64,000 bases of DNA, from the NCBI GenBank assembly GCA_965140415.1, contig OZ223209.1:1-64000 (forward strand). Reading direction: 5' to 3'. Source of the stretch: Myxococcota bacterium. Lineage in GTDB: Bacteria > Myxococcota_A > SURF-8. Shown here in pieces: positions 11,349 through 19,874 of the stretch. A program made the position numbers and the translations under genes. Numbering within the stretch: the stretch's first letter is position 1; each line of letters opens with the position of its first letter. The notes under the pieces were generated by a model. The model was not told the DNA's origin, searched no databases, and saw only the letters and a list, made by a program, of their open reading frames with translations.

Positions 11349-12410
11349 ATGTCATCCGATCGTTCTTCCCGTATTCCTTCAACTATCTTTCCGACTCCCG
11401 ATGCGCTTGTCGAACAGGGACGCATTTATAGCGGCTTTTTCAAGGAACCCTTTCGGCACGTCAATCTGCTGGACGCCCCGAATATGGGTGGCGCACCGGC
11501 CAGGCCGCTGCGCTGGTTACGGCTTAAAGAGTGGGTGGGATTCGGTGTAAACCATGAAGAGCTGTTCGGCGGCATCATCATTCAAGACGCCAAAGTTGCC
11601 GCCAGCGCCACGGTGTACTTGTACGACAAGAAACGACGCGAGCAGCACGAATGGCTGATACTCGATCTTCCAGGACACCTAAAACTGCCGGAGACCCTGT
11701 GGAACAGCGACTGTCATTGCGGCAGCAGCCGACGTTACCTGCATTTCTCACATCGGCTGGACTGGAATCACCATCGCATCCAGGCAGCCGTTCCCGCAAC
11801 ATCCAAAAAACCGGCATTGCATATTGACATCACCGGTTTTCAGAATATTGACAAGGTCGATCCGCTGGTGGTCAGCCTTCCTATTCTGCCCGATCACCAC
11901 ACCTACACGCACAAATCGCCTTTACACTTTGAAGGTGTGATCCGCATCGGCGAGCGCGAGTATCGTTTCGACCCGCAGCGCGACAAGGGAAACCTCGACG
12001 AGCAGAAAACCTGGTATCCCTACCGCTCGCAGTGGAGATGGGGTTGCTTTATCTGCACGACGAAAGCCGGGCGGGAAGTGATGACCAACTTCGTGAATCA
12101 GATGACACCCAAGGATCAACCCGGCGAGGACGCCATCTGGGTGGATGGTCGCCTGTGCCTGCTGGAGCAACCCGATATCCTTCCCGAATCGACGAAAGGC
12201 GCGTTCCGGTTGGAAGACAAAGCCGGGCGGGTGAAACTGCGTTTTAACGCCGAAGGCAGTAAAGCCGAAAAGCGCAACTACGGCCTGATCAGCATGGATT
12301 ACGATCAGTTCTACGGCTTCTTCAATGGGGAAGTGACGGACGACGGTGGAGAAACCCACGTCATCGAAAATGCTTTCGGCGCTTTGGAGTGCATGAACGC
12401 GCGTTTTTAG
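11349..12410 (+). CDS. DUF2804-like protein
   Basis: LKEW motif, YTHK, W-x-W and C-terminal YDQFYGFFNG...GALE...ARF pattern resemble DUF2804. Confidence 0.6.
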   Translation: MSSDRSSRIPSTIFPTPDALVEQGRIYSGFFKEPFRHVNLLDAPNMGGAPARPLRWLRLKEWVGFGVNHEELFGGIIIQDAKVAASATVYLYDKKRREQHEWLILDLPGHLKLPETLWNSDCHCGSSRRYLHFSHRLDWNHHRIQAAVPATSKKPALHIDITGFQNIDKVDPLVVSLPILPDHHTYTHKSPLHFEGVIRIGEREYRFDPQRDKGNLDEQKTWYPYRSQWRWGCFICTTKAGREVMTNFVNQMTPKDQPGEDAIWVDGRLCLLEQPDILPESTKGAFRLEDKAGRVKLRFNAEGSKAEKRNYGLISMDYDQFYGFFNGEVTDDGGETHVIENAFGALECMNARF

Positions 12411-12418
12411 AATTTAGC

Positions 12419-12447
12419 TTGCAATTCGGCATCCATCCGTATAGTAT
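12419..12447 (+). promoter_or_regulatory. Putative sigma70-type promoter
   Basis: TTGCAA-N17-TAGTAT upstream of the CDS at 12505. Confidence 0.4.
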
Positions 12448-12504
12448 AGGATTCACTGCACGGGACATCGCCACACAGACCTTGCCACAAGGAAGGGAAA
12501 TCGT

Positions 12505-13191
12505 ATGCCGCATTCACTTCGGATGGCGATCTTCTGTTTGTTTCTGGTGATTTCACTAACCTGCGCTTGTGAATCGGATGAGATCACCCAGGGGGGCGAT
12601 GAAGACAGCTTCGATCAGGAATCCGCTCCCTTGTGTGTAGAGCAGGATTTTGAGTCGGTCGAAGATACCGGTTGCCTGTCTACTCTGCGCCTGAAGGAAA
12701 AAGGGACAGCGGAAGCCTCGTCGTGGCCGTTATGTATTTCCGAGCAGGATCGGAATGTGCTGCTTCGTTTGCAACGCCTGATCAGCGGTGTGTGGAGCGA
12801 TAATCAGAATCAAACCTTCCGACTTTCCCGATCACTTGATGGAACAGTGTCCTGCCCAAGTACAGAAGATCCCGAATTCGTACAAAATTGTATGGCCGGT
12901 TGGAGCATTGGGATTACGACCGATTTGGATCAAGAGGATCACGATGGCTGGTTCGCCTGCGAAAGCAATCATTGCCCGGATCAGGTCGATCCACCGGAAC
13001 TTGGAGAAGGAAGCTCCTATTCTGCGGTTTTCCACACGGCGAGCGGTGTTACCAACAATCTGTCTCTCGTTCTGGAAAATGGAACGCCCGTACTGGCCGA
13101 GCAGAATCGCGACGAAAGCTGGACGGTGGTATATCGGAAAGTGCAAAGCGATGTTCCCGATGGCGATACTGTAGATGGCGATATGCAATAA
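12505..13191 (+). CDS. Hypothetical Cys-containing lipoprotein ending in a DGD motif
   Basis: Signal peptide with lipobox TCAC, AAGGAAGGG RBS, C-terminus PDGDTVDGDMQ. Confidence 0.7.
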   Translation: MPHSLRMAIFCLFLVISLTCACESDEITQGGDEDSFDQESAPLCVEQDFESVEDTGCLSTLRLKEKGTAEASSWPLCISEQDRNVLLRLQRLISGVWSDNQNQTFRLSRSLDGTVSCPSTEDPEFVQNCMAGWSIGITTDLDQEDHDGWFACESNHCPDQVDPPELGEGSSYSAVFHTASGVTNNLSLVLENGTPVLAEQNRDESWTVVYRKVQSDVPDGDTVDGDMQ

Positions 13192-13195
13192 GCCT

Positions 13196-14287
13196 TTACT
13201 CGTCCTCTTCATTGGGTTGCCGTTTCAACTCGCGCAACTCGGCCAGTTGTAGGGCCTGCGCCTGGTTGCGGCTCATGCGATTGCAAGCACGATCGTCGTT
13301 GTTTTCCAGTTTCGCCATGGCGGCGCAGGGGCTGCAATAAGGGAGATATTCGCAAGAGGGGCACTTGGTCTGCTTGGCGTAGTCGTTTTCGCGCAGGCGC
13401 TCCAACTCGGGAGATTCCCGCCAGATTTCCCTGACCGATTGCTCCCGGATATTGCCGATAGGCGGATAGACGGCGCAGGGTTGCACGTTGCCCACCGCGT
13501 CGATGACGATCATCGAGCGCCCGATTTCGCAAACACGCCCGCTCTGATCGTCGTTTTTCATCGCACCGCATAATTCGGTCACGCCGCCGCCATGATACAG
13601 ATAATTCACCAGTTCCGGGTCTTGAAAAAACGCGGCCAGTTGTTCGCCGTTCAGGCGCTGCAACTCCGGTTGCCGGACCTGGTTTTCGGCGGGAATGATG
13701 TTGGTGTCCAGCATGTAACGGCAGCCCAGCGACTCGGCCAGATGCACCACACGCTTGATGTCCTCCCGGTTAATCTGCAATACCGGCGTTTTAATGACCA
13801 CGGCGATTTCCGCCTCGCGCAGCCAGCGAATCGCCCGCAGGCTTTTTTCCAGGCTGCCGGGATGGCGCGTGATTTCATCGTGAATTTCGGGACGATCCGA
13901 GTAAACCGAGATATGCACTTCGCCGATGCAAAGCTCCTTCAGACGCTGTACGTCGGCTTGAGTCAGGCGGGTGCCGTTGGTGAGCAGGCGCACCATAAAC
14001 GAGCGCTGCCGGGCGTGTTCGATCAAGTCCCAGAGATCCGGGTGCAGAAAGATTTCACCGCCGGTAAAGCCGATCTGCAACACACCCAGATCCGCAAGGG
14101 CATCGATCAATTCGTGCAGTTCTTCAGTGGAGAGTTCCGGCTGTTGGGGGCGGTGATCGACGTAGCAGTGCAGGCAATCGAGATTGCAGCGCTTGGTCAA
14201 TTCCACCTGGGCGGCGAAGGGCGTTTTGGCCTTTGCCAGCCGCTCGGTGACTTCCACCATCAAATCGTGATACGTCGGATCAGCCAT
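13196..14287 (-). CDS. Radical SAM/SPASM domain protein (PqqE-like)
   Basis: CNLDCLHC motif, FTGGEIF, SPASM Cys array CEIG...QPC...CPSC...YCSPC...C; start overlaps the upstream methyltransferase stop. Confidence 0.9.
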   Translation of the reverse strand: MADPTYHDLMVEVTERLAKAKTPFAAQVELTKRCNLDCLHCYVDHRPQQPELSTEELHELIDALADLGVLQIGFTGGEIFLHPDLWDLIEHARQRSFMVRLLTNGTRLTQADVQRLKELCIGEVHISVYSDRPEIHDEITRHPGSLEKSLRAIRWLREAEIAVVIKTPVLQINREDIKRVVHLAESLGCRYMLDTNIIPAENQVRQPELQRLNGEQLAAFFQDPELVNYLYHGGGVTELCGAMKNDDQSGRVCEIGRSMIVIDAVGNVQPCAVYPPIGNIREQSVREIWRESPELERLRENDYAKQTKCPSCEYLPYCSPCAAMAKLENNDDRACNRMSRNQAQALQLAELRELKRQPNEEDE

Positions 14288-15458
14288 CACTATCCTTCAA
14301 CATCGGCGTCAATCGTCGCTCGCGCCATTGACGGATCAATTCGGCCAGCGCCAGATCCGCATTCTCGAACACCTCCGGGTGCTGCTCCGCCGCCAGTCCG
14401 GCGACTTCGTGGGCGCTGCGTTTGCCGTCGATCAAAGGCAAAAAGATCTGCAAGTAGCGGTCGTGGGCGTCTTGCTCGGGGATAAACTGCCCGGTGATGC
14501 GCGACGCCTCGCGCAGGCTGATGGTGCTGGCCAGCATTCCCGGCGATCCCATGCGAATGAGCGTGCGCTTTTTGCGGCGGTGCTTGACCAACCAGAACAG
14601 CTCGCGTCGTCGTCCGACCTGGCGGTTGCCGACTTCGACGGTCAGTACATCGCCCTGCTCGACTTCGTAAGGATTCTCGAAAGGCAAAAAATAGTTCTGC
14701 CAGTGCGTTTCCGGATCGGTGGGAGAGTTGCTCAACCAAACACCGCCGCCCAGATCCGACTTGAACCAGATCGCCAACCCGTGGCAGATGCCCTTCTTTT
14801 GAATGCAGACTTCCACCGGGTCGCCTTCGAAACGGCTGACGGGGCGGTAGGTGGAAGGGTCCAGATAATCCACGACCAGCCAACGTCCCGCTTCGGCCAG
14901 ATGCCCGGCGGGATCGGAGCGGCACAGAATGGGGCTTAATGCCGCCAAGGGGCGCACCGAGCTTAAGTCCAGACCGTAGTGATTTTCCGACCAGATACCG
15001 ACGCGATTCTCCCACAATTCGGCATCCTGCACCGGAACCACATAATGTTCCACGATTCTTGGGATAATGCCGCCTTCGGGCTTCAAGTTGCGTTGAATAA
15101 ACGCATGCAATTCATCCAGGGGAGATTCGTCTGCGCCGATGGTGCTCAACCATTCGAAGACGATCCAATCCACTTTCTGCGGTAGTTCAATCTGGTTGCT
15201 GTCTGCGTGGAAATAGGTTGTTTTATCGCCGTAGCCATTAGCCTGCGCCAGAGAAGGAGCACTTTCGACCACGTTGTCCCGCTCGATGCCATATACGTGC
15301 GCCGCTCCGGCCTGCAATGCGAAAAATCCCAGGATACCGGAGCCGCAACCTAGATCGCACACAAGCTGACCCGGCTTTACCAGGGCATGAATCGCCTGTC
15401 GATATGCTTCCATACGCCGCTTATCCGCGAGCATGGGTCCATGGTCCACGATTGACAT
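14280..15458 (-). CDS. Protein arginine methyltransferase (PRMT)-like class I SAM methyltransferase with PqqD-like C-terminal tail
   Basis: MLADKRRMEAY helix, VCDLGCGSG motif I, double-E loop FEWLSTIGADE, THW loop, tail LIDGKRSAHEVA. Confidence 0.82.
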   Translation of the reverse strand: MSIVDHGPMLADKRRMEAYRQAIHALVKPGQLVCDLGCGSGILGFFALQAGAAHVYGIERDNVVESAPSLAQANGYGDKTTYFHADSNQIELPQKVDWIVFEWLSTIGADESPLDELHAFIQRNLKPEGGIIPRIVEHYVVPVQDAELWENRVGIWSENHYGLDLSSVRPLAALSPILCRSDPAGHLAEAGRWLVVDYLDPSTYRPVSRFEGDPVEVCIQKKGICHGLAIWFKSDLGGGVWLSNSPTDPETHWQNYFLPFENPYEVEQGDVLTVEVGNRQVGRRRELFWLVKHRRKKRTLIRMGSPGMLASTISLREASRITGQFIPEQDAHDRYLQIFLPLIDGKRSAHEVAGLAAEQHPEVFENADLALAELIRQWRERRLTPMLKDSDG

Positions 15459-15508
15459 CTTCCACTCCCCTCTACCTTTTCAGGGCCATCGAATTCCCTA
15501 TAACTTAC

Positions 15509-15537
15509 AGGATACTCCAAGCCTCGTAGGCCTGCAA
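15509..15537 (-). promoter_or_regulatory. Putative sigma70-type promoter for the PRMT-rSAM operon
   Basis: TTGCAG-N17-TATCCT on the minus strand, about 50 nt upstream of ATG 15458. Confidence 0.45.
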
Positions 15538-15617
15538 GGTCAAAGGGCGTATGTTCACGAAATGGGGTGCACCCCTTGAAAGGAGTGACAGGCGAGTGCA
15601 GAAGGTGGAAATCGAAA

Positions 15618-16277
15618 TTATTGTGGGCACTTGAAAGAAATGTCCATGCGCTTGATCTTGACGAACGGGTCCAGTTTGTCTGCGGTTTCGGCCTGGTTGT
15701 CTTCCAGTTGGCAGGTCAGGTTCAACTGCGGCACGCGGGCGCGCCATATTTTGTCTTCTCCACGAAAAACTTCGGTACTGGTGTAGGTCGAACGCAAACG
15801 GGCAAGCGGATCGCCAACGCCGATTCCATGCTCGGTGCGATACTTTTTAGAGCGCATCACCACGGCGACCAGCTGGGTTTCATCGGTCCAGAGCTCAAGG
15901 GAAATCTGCTCTCGTTTCAACGCCTTGTATGGCGTGTAGCAATGAAACTCCTCTCCCGGTTCCAATTCCGGGCAGTTGTTCATGTGTGCCGTGGCCGCCA
16001 CTTTTTCTCTGGGTGTGCAGGCTTTCCAGGAGCCAACCGAATCGGGTAACACTTTTCGCCGTGATTCGATCTCCGGCTTGTTTGCCTTGGCGTACTTATC
16101 CAGCCAGGCCTGGTTATCTTTTTCATTTTCAACCGGCACGACCTTTAAGGGTTGCGGTTGCGGCGAGGTCTTCGCATTTGGTTTTTCGGCGGCTTTTTCT
16201 TTCTCGCAACCAGCCAATGCGAACACCAGTAACAGCAGAATCAGCGTGGCTAAAACAACAAACCAGGCGTTCTTCAT
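15618..16277 (-). CDS. Hypothetical lipoprotein
   Basis: Signal peptide with lipobox LAGC, AAGGAG RBS. Confidence 0.75.
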   Translation of the reverse strand: MKNAWFVVLATLILLLLVFALAGCEKEKAAEKPNAKTSPQPQPLKVVPVENEKDNQAWLDKYAKANKPEIESRRKVLPDSVGSWKACTPREKVAATAHMNNCPELEPGEEFHCYTPYKALKREQISLELWTDETQLVAVVMRSKKYRTEHGIGVGDPLARLRSTYTSTEVFRGEDKIWRARVPQLNLTCQLEDNQAETADKLDPFVKIKRMDISFKCPQ

Positions 16278-16343
16278 GATGATTCGCTCCTTTGGATGTG
16301 AAGAGAAAAAAACAGCGATCGTGCATACATCCGGTTCGACGAT

Positions 16344-17999
16344 CTATTTTTCCGGCGCCGCCTTAACGGAAGCCTGTCCGTTTTTAGCGAAGACGGAGAA
16401 GCGTACCTTTTCACAGCCCTGTTTTTCGCAGATGCGTTCGGTGCTGTTTCGCAGGTTCGCAATGAATTTATCGCGGTTGATGTTGTGCGTCGGCTGCTTG
16501 AGCATGTCCCGCATGTTGAGATATTCCTGATAGACTTGCAGGTAGTATTCCTCCGGATCATCGGGAATGGGACGTTGGGGAGCCGCTGAAGGTGGTTTCG
16601 TTGCGGCTGCCGGCTTTGGCTTCTGTACGGGTTTCTTTTCTGTTGAATCCGGTGTCAGATCGATTTTATCGGACAGCGTGGGCAGGGCATCGTTTTGCGC
16701 GGGAGCCTTCTCGGGTTTCTCAACGCCAAGCATACCGGTGATGGAATCCATCACATGATCCGCATCGCCCTGCTCGAGCCCCTCTTCTTCCGCGGCCGAG
16801 CGGATCGCAGGAATGGCCAGAGGTTCCGGCTTCTCCGGTTCCGCTTTCGTATCGACAGCGGGAGTTTCCGGTTGCGCTTCCACTTTCTGCGCTGGAGAAA
16901 CGGCGGTCTTGTTGTTCTCCGGTAGCGACAAGAATTCCTTCATGATCGCGACAAAGGGTCTCATCTCTGCGATATATTTCGTTTCGTTCAACCCGCTGAT
17001 TACCGTACCGGTTTTCTTCAATTCCAAAATCGTTTTCGCCACATTGGTCGAATCCCGTCGAATTCCGGCTGAAATAAGGAAGGTGACGAGTATGCCGATG
17101 ACCAGGGCGACTACGCCGATCAGCGCAAGCATCTGAATGCGGGGGTCCGCAGGCGGCAACCATCGCGGCGGCAGTTTTTCGAAAACGGCCAAGCCCGCCC
17201 GGAAAGAAGCCAGCGATTCGCCGAACAGGAACGCACGTCCCAAATACGAAACGTCTTCCCGGCTGAACTCGAACTTGTCGAACTCACCCTGCCAGCCGGT
17301 TTGCGTCAGTTTCAGTTCCGGTAGAACCTTGTTCAGATCCTTCTGAACGTCTCTCTGTCCCGAAATCAACTTGCTGCTTCCGCGAAAGAGAACCGCCAGA
17401 TTGGTATTGAACGGCAAGCCAAGTGCATCCAGCCAGGCCTGATCCATACTCTGTCCCACCAGCACGCCACCGGCGATGCGCCCGTGTTTCAGATCGACGA
17501 TGGGAACGGCGGCCAGATGCAGCAGTTTGTTGTCGAAATAGGCTGCGCCTTCTTCCGAGACTCCGGCCAGCAGGTTCTTAACCCATGGAATGCCATGGAT
17601 ATCGTCGCCATACAACGTCGGGTTTTCCAGCCTGAGCACCACGCGCCCCTTGCCGTCTACCAACCAGAATAAATCCGCGTTTATTTTAGCGTTTTCGGTT
17701 TGTAGCAAAGGAATTACCAGATTATGCAAACGATCCAGGCCATCCTGAATGGAGCTGTCCTGCTCGCTCATCATGGTCACGATGGGAGATTCCAGGGCGA
17801 AACGTTGCAGACGGTCCAGCAATGCGCGCCCTTGTAAATCAAATTGCTGACGCACCAAGGCGCTGGTTTTATCGATTTCGTCTTGAACGACCTTCCGCTC
17901 CACTCCAACCGTGGTGTTGGTCAGCAGCACGTACATCGCCGCCATTGCCATTGCAACCATCAACAACCAGGAAACCAGTACTTTTATTTTCAGCATCAT
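16344..17999 (-). CDS. Membrane protein with periplasmic Cache-like domain and MXAN_5187-type C-terminal domain
   Basis: Two TM segments flanking a Cache-like region (WLVDGKGRVV, LAAVPI), Pro/Lys/Glu linker, C-terminal YQEYL...KFIANL...VRFSVFAKNGQASVKAAP. Confidence 0.7.
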   Translation of the reverse strand: MMLKIKVLVSWLLMVAMAMAAMYVLLTNTTVGVERKVVQDEIDKTSALVRQQFDLQGRALLDRLQRFALESPIVTMMSEQDSSIQDGLDRLHNLVIPLLQTENAKINADLFWLVDGKGRVVLRLENPTLYGDDIHGIPWVKNLLAGVSEEGAAYFDNKLLHLAAVPIVDLKHGRIAGGVLVGQSMDQAWLDALGLPFNTNLAVLFRGSSKLISGQRDVQKDLNKVLPELKLTQTGWQGEFDKFEFSREDVSYLGRAFLFGESLASFRAGLAVFEKLPPRWLPPADPRIQMLALIGVVALVIGILVTFLISAGIRRDSTNVAKTILELKKTGTVISGLNETKYIAEMRPFVAIMKEFLSLPENNKTAVSPAQKVEAQPETPAVDTKAEPEKPEPLAIPAIRSAAEEEGLEQGDADHVMDSITGMLGVEKPEKAPAQNDALPTLSDKIDLTPDSTEKKPVQKPKPAAATKPPSAAPQRPIPDDPEEYYLQVYQEYLNMRDMLKQPTHNINRDKFIANLRNSTERICEKQGCEKVRFSVFAKNGQASVKAAPEK

Positions 18000-18017
18000 C
18001 GAATTCCTTGATGGGGA

Positions 18018-18971
18018 TTACTCGATTACCTTGATCTTGAAGATTCCGCCTTTTTTCTTTTTCTTCTTCGGCTCTTTTTCTTTCGGTTCTTCCTTGGGTT
18101 CCGGTTTTGGCTCCGCAGGCTTGGGAGCAACAGCCGGACGCTCCACTTTTGCCGGGGCTTGCACCGCAGGTTTGGGTGCGGGTCTGGGAGTCACAGGCGG
18201 AGCGACTCTCTGGACCGGAGGTGGAGGAGGTGGAATCGGAACCGGAATGAACTGAGGCTGCTGCGGCTGAGGTACTTCGACGACCTGCTGTGTGGAATGG
18301 AAGCCGATTACCCGCGCACCTTTGGCCCGGACATTCACCGACAGGCTCATCTTTACTTGTTTGGCCAAATCGAACGATTCGCCTTCGATCCACTGGCCCG
18401 CCCATAAACGCAGTTTGTAAATTCCCTCCGGCACCTGCTCCAACTGGAAGCTGCCTTGGCCGCTTTGGGATAAACACTGCCCTTTTTCCGTAACCAGAAT
18501 CTGTGCCTGCAAATGAGAAAACTCATCGGCTTGCAGGGTATAAAGGCCCGGTTTGGTGACATCGATGTCGCCGCTGCCGCTTTTTGCCGCCAGGGTCGTC
18601 GCCGGGCTACCCATGCCGATAAGGCGTACGGTCAGTGGGTATACCGAGTTGTTTTTCAGAGATAATTTGCTTCCTACGCGGACAGAATACAACCGGGAAG
18701 AAAACTGAAGGTTGTCGATTGTAACCGGAATGGCCGGATTCGTTATCGGCTGATCGCCGTCTGTCCGTTCGAGCATCAAGCAGATAAGTGGGTCTTGAAG
18801 CAGAGGTTTTGTGGCGATGAAAGGCGAACGGTCACGCCAGCGGCCCATTTGAGGCGTAGGCGCGGGTTCTTGAATCTCCCAAATGATGTTTCCCTCTATC
18901 CCTGCCGCCTGGACAATTTCGGCTGAAAGACAGACGAACAACAACAACAACATGATGCCGAGGTTTTTCAC
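18018..18971 (-). CDS. Secreted protein with cupredoxin-like/beta-sandwich region and Pro/Lys-rich tail
   Basis: Signal peptide, beta-rich core (PGLYTL, VPEGIYKLRLW), PPPPPP/KPEPK tail; GTG at 18971 has an AGGGA RBS (ORF track start is 19022). Confidence 0.65.
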   Translation of the reverse strand: MKNLGIMLLLLFVCLSAEIVQAAGIEGNIIWEIQEPAPTPQMGRWRDRSPFIATKPLLQDPLICLMLERTDGDQPITNPAIPVTIDNLQFSSRLYSVRVGSKLSLKNNSVYPLTVRLIGMGSPATTLAAKSGSGDIDVTKPGLYTLQADEFSHLQAQILVTEKGQCLSQSGQGSFQLEQVPEGIYKLRLWAGQWIEGESFDLAKQVKMSLSVNVRAKGARVIGFHSTQQVVEVPQPQQPQFIPVPIPPPPPPVQRVAPPVTPRPAPKPAVQAPAKVERPAVAPKPAEPKPEPKEEPKEKEPKKKKKKGGIFKIKVIE

Positions 18972-19179
18972 GTTTTCCCTGCTATTTCCGTGAAAGTGCC
19001 GTTTTCCAAACAGAAGCCGCATCGGACCGGGAAGACCCCTTTCCCGTAGCTGCGTGAGCTTCTGTTCGCCCGTTTATGATTTCCACGCGAGTGGCGTTTG
19101 GTTTATTTAACCACCCCTAACTTACACGGGGTAACTGGAAGACAAACGATTCCCCAAACGCCGCTAAAAGCGAGGTTAG

Positions 19180-19207
19180 ATTATACATTGCCATTGTGCT
19201 CTGTCAA
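19180..19207 (-). promoter_or_regulatory. Consensus sigma70 promoter
   Basis: Exact TTGACA-N16-TATAAT on the minus strand, just downstream of the hpf terminator. Confidence 0.7.
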
Positions 19208-19241
19208 TCATTTTACCTGTCATTTACTAGGATTATCCAAT

Positions 19242-19264
19242 AAAAAAGGGGCCTTCCGGCCCCT
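19242..19264 (-). terminator. Intrinsic terminator of hpf
   Basis: AGGGGCC-GGAA-GGCCCCT followed by a T-tract on the minus strand. Confidence 0.8.
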
Positions 19265-19291
19265 GAACGGGTAACAAATACACTGTGGAGT

Positions 19292-19618
19292 CTATTCGAC
19301 CACAGGTTCGATTTCCTTGACTGGAACACTGGGTCTGTTTGTTTTCTTGTCTTTACTGCGTTGCAGCTGTCGGAGCAATTTGTCAACCGCTTCATCGATG
19401 CTGCTCATCAGATTTTCGGTGGACTGCTTGGCGACGTATTCCGCTCCTTTGTGACGCAGATTGATTTCCGCGATCTTGCGAATACTGTCTTCTTCCAAGG
19501 TTGCGTTAATGGTGGTTGTCGGCGGAAGAAACTTGGCCAACTTCGTGGTTCGATCCTCAAGGTACTGTTTCACACTGTCGGATGCATCCAAACCCTTGAA
19601 TCGAATGTTCAGATTCAT
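19292..19618 (-). CDS. hpf: Ribosome hibernation promoting factor (short HPF/RaiA)
   Basis: MNLNIRFKGLDASDSVKQY...KLAKF...SIDEAVDKLLRQL; GGAGG RBS. Confidence 0.9.
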   Translation of the reverse strand: MNLNIRFKGLDASDSVKQYLEDRTTKLAKFLPPTTTINATLEEDSIRKIAEINLRHKGAEYVAKQSTENLMSSIDEAVDKLLRQLQRSKDKKTNRPSVPVKEIEPVVE

Positions 19619-19874
19619 TTTGCTCGCCTCCAGAAAAGGTTAAAACAACCACGACCCATGCTCTATCGAGAACAGCATGCGTTCTACGGGCCGGAAAGAA
19701 CGCATGTAGAACGAGCTAGTGCCTCGTTCATATACCAAACCCCGTCATTGTTGTTGTAGTGGGAAATAATGCTGTAGAAAAACACGTCTTTCATCAAGAT
19801 TATTATCAGAAAATTATGGCCTAAACGCAAGGGATTTTTACACAAAAACGCGAGTAATCCCTATTCCGCTATCG

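Noticed and set aside
15564-15575. Perfect 12-bp palindrome GGGGTGCACCCC
   Set aside because: Single occurrence; a few such palindromes are expected by chance in 64 kb.
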